Source: Marsupella aquatica
Lineage: Eukaryota > Plantae > Marchantiophyta
DNA: 64,000 bases
Direction of reading: 5' to 3'
Assembly (NCBI GenBank): GCA_973895155.1
Contig: OZ316891.1
Location: forward strand, 22,711,884-22,775,883
Of this stretch, positions 62,480 through 64,000 are shown piece by piece. Made by a program: the position numbers and the translations under genes. Under the pieces are notes generated by a model that did no database searches, was not told the origin of the DNA, and worked only from the letters and a program-made list of their open reading frames with translations. Within the stretch, counting starts at the first letter, position 1. The number at the start of each line of letters is the position of its first letter.

Positions 62480-64000
62480 TGTGACCCAACCTTGTAATTA
62501 GGTGATTATTCCAAAAAGAGAATTAAAGTATCAAAATCATAAAAAAATTAAAATTTTAAGTTTTTTATAAGCCCCTTTAAGCAAAATTAAGTTAGTATAA
62601 GCTGAAATGGGTAAGGATACCATTGGAAGACGTCAAGGCCACCCTGGTTTTCACATATTAAGCGTCAAGATGACAAGAAGTTGAAAGGAGCTTCAAAAAT
62701 GAGGTGATGGCCTCCTTGCAGGGACGGCGCCGTCTTGGATGGCCTCCTCATGAAGACGGCAAAGACGGCGCCGGCTTGGACGGCTTCTACATAGGGACGG
62801 CCAGGACAACACCCATTTTTTTGCCAAGGATGGCCAACTGCTTTTGCGCCGGCCCGCGTGAAAAACTTGAGGATGTCTTGGACGGCCTCCACGCAGGGAC
62901 GTCTAGGACGTCCACCCCGCCATGACCTAATGTGACGTCCGTGCCGGCCCGAGCCTTTTTCTCCATTTTTCTTGAGGGACGTCCATGGCGGCCGGCAGTA
63001 GGGCGCAAGCTTTGACCCTCAGTGCTCACTCGTTAGACCACCATTCGAGCTCGTTTCACTTGCTATAGCAGCACAACTGCCTAGAGATTGTTCACCCCAA
63101 TTCTGAATTGCCATTGATGAGACGTTGAGGAGTATTGGGTCATCAATGCTCTATGATTTCTTGGAATTGAAGAAATTGCAATTTTGAGAGCTTCGCCCAC
63201 ATTTCTATCTCTTTCCAATTCATTTCTTCTCCCACAGCAGCACAGCTACCTTAGATTCCTGAGATTTCATTCTTGAGCCTCAATGCTTAGCCATTTTTAG
63301 GAGGAGAGCTCTCAAGCCTTCTCAGATTTTCTGAGCTATGGCCACCAGAAGCTTATCAATTAGTAAGGCCATTACGGTGACCTTACCCCCAGGTCCTAAG
63401 GCTTACTTTAGACTCCTAAGTAACCTGGTAGAGATGGGCTTGAGTTTCTTACTTTTTCTTCCTTGGGATATGGTGCATGGGTCCATCATTGCCGATTTTC
63501 TTCTTCCACCTTGAGCTGGCGCTTTCCGAAGTTCTACTAGAGGTTCAGCTTATGTGTGTACCGCTGCCGTTGTTTATGAGGTGTACTAGTTGAGCCAGGA
63601 GGGAGAGAGACTGATCTCTATTGGGGAGGACTTGATTATCCCCTACTTTAGAGGCACCAGGGACCGGAGGTCTGGTTGGAAGATTGATCAGTGCAGGAAC
63701 CGGGAGCTAGCTCATCTACTCCGATTCCTTGTACCTATCTTTCATCCGACCAAACCCATCAGGGCAATGGTTTACTTGACCAGCTCTATCATCGTATTAT
63801 GGACCGGCAAGAGGAGGATCAACTGGGCCCTAGCTCTTTCGGAGGTGATCGCCAAGCAGGTATGTGGCTGTCCTGTCTACTACCGGTGATACATATCTGA
63901 CACCCTACTTGGCGCACGTTTACTTTTCAAGAGGCTGCTTGTTACCAGTGGAGCTGAGCAATTGGAGGAGGAGAGCGAGATACTTTGAGCTCCCTCAGCC
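62480..64000. mobile_element. Probable LTR-element insertion truncating the DNMT (runs off the window)
   Basis: Abrupt switch at TGTGACCC to AT-rich then GC-rich repeated sequence and a decayed ORF (~63340-64000); the other end is not visible. Confidence 0.45.

Overview
This is eukaryotic (land-plant-like, GT-AG introns) heterochromatic DNA made entirely of nested transposable elements; no ordinary host gene is present. Three complete CACTA/EnSpm elements are defined by terminal inverted repeats (TIRs) and 3-bp target-site duplications (TSDs): E1 1233-19852 (CTT), E2 23601-61349 (TAT) and E3 41354-51564 (GAT, nested in E2). E2 interrupts the protease of a degenerate gag-protease retroelement that encodes a DNMT3-like cytosine methyltransferase. 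E2 also hosts a full-length Copia element (29008-35519), an 8-bp-TSD non-autonomous element (a second one lies in E3) and a ~575-bp satellite. The main signal is that each CACTA carries chromatin or repair cargo upstream of its transposase. E1 and E2 carry intact stand-alone EDM2-type PHD-finger ORFs that begin with histone-H3-tail-like sequences. E1 carries a tandem Pol-lambda-like BRCT ORF. E3 carries a SET domain inside a transposase intron, in frame with a shared first exon. Protein family assignments are from recalled motifs, not database searches.
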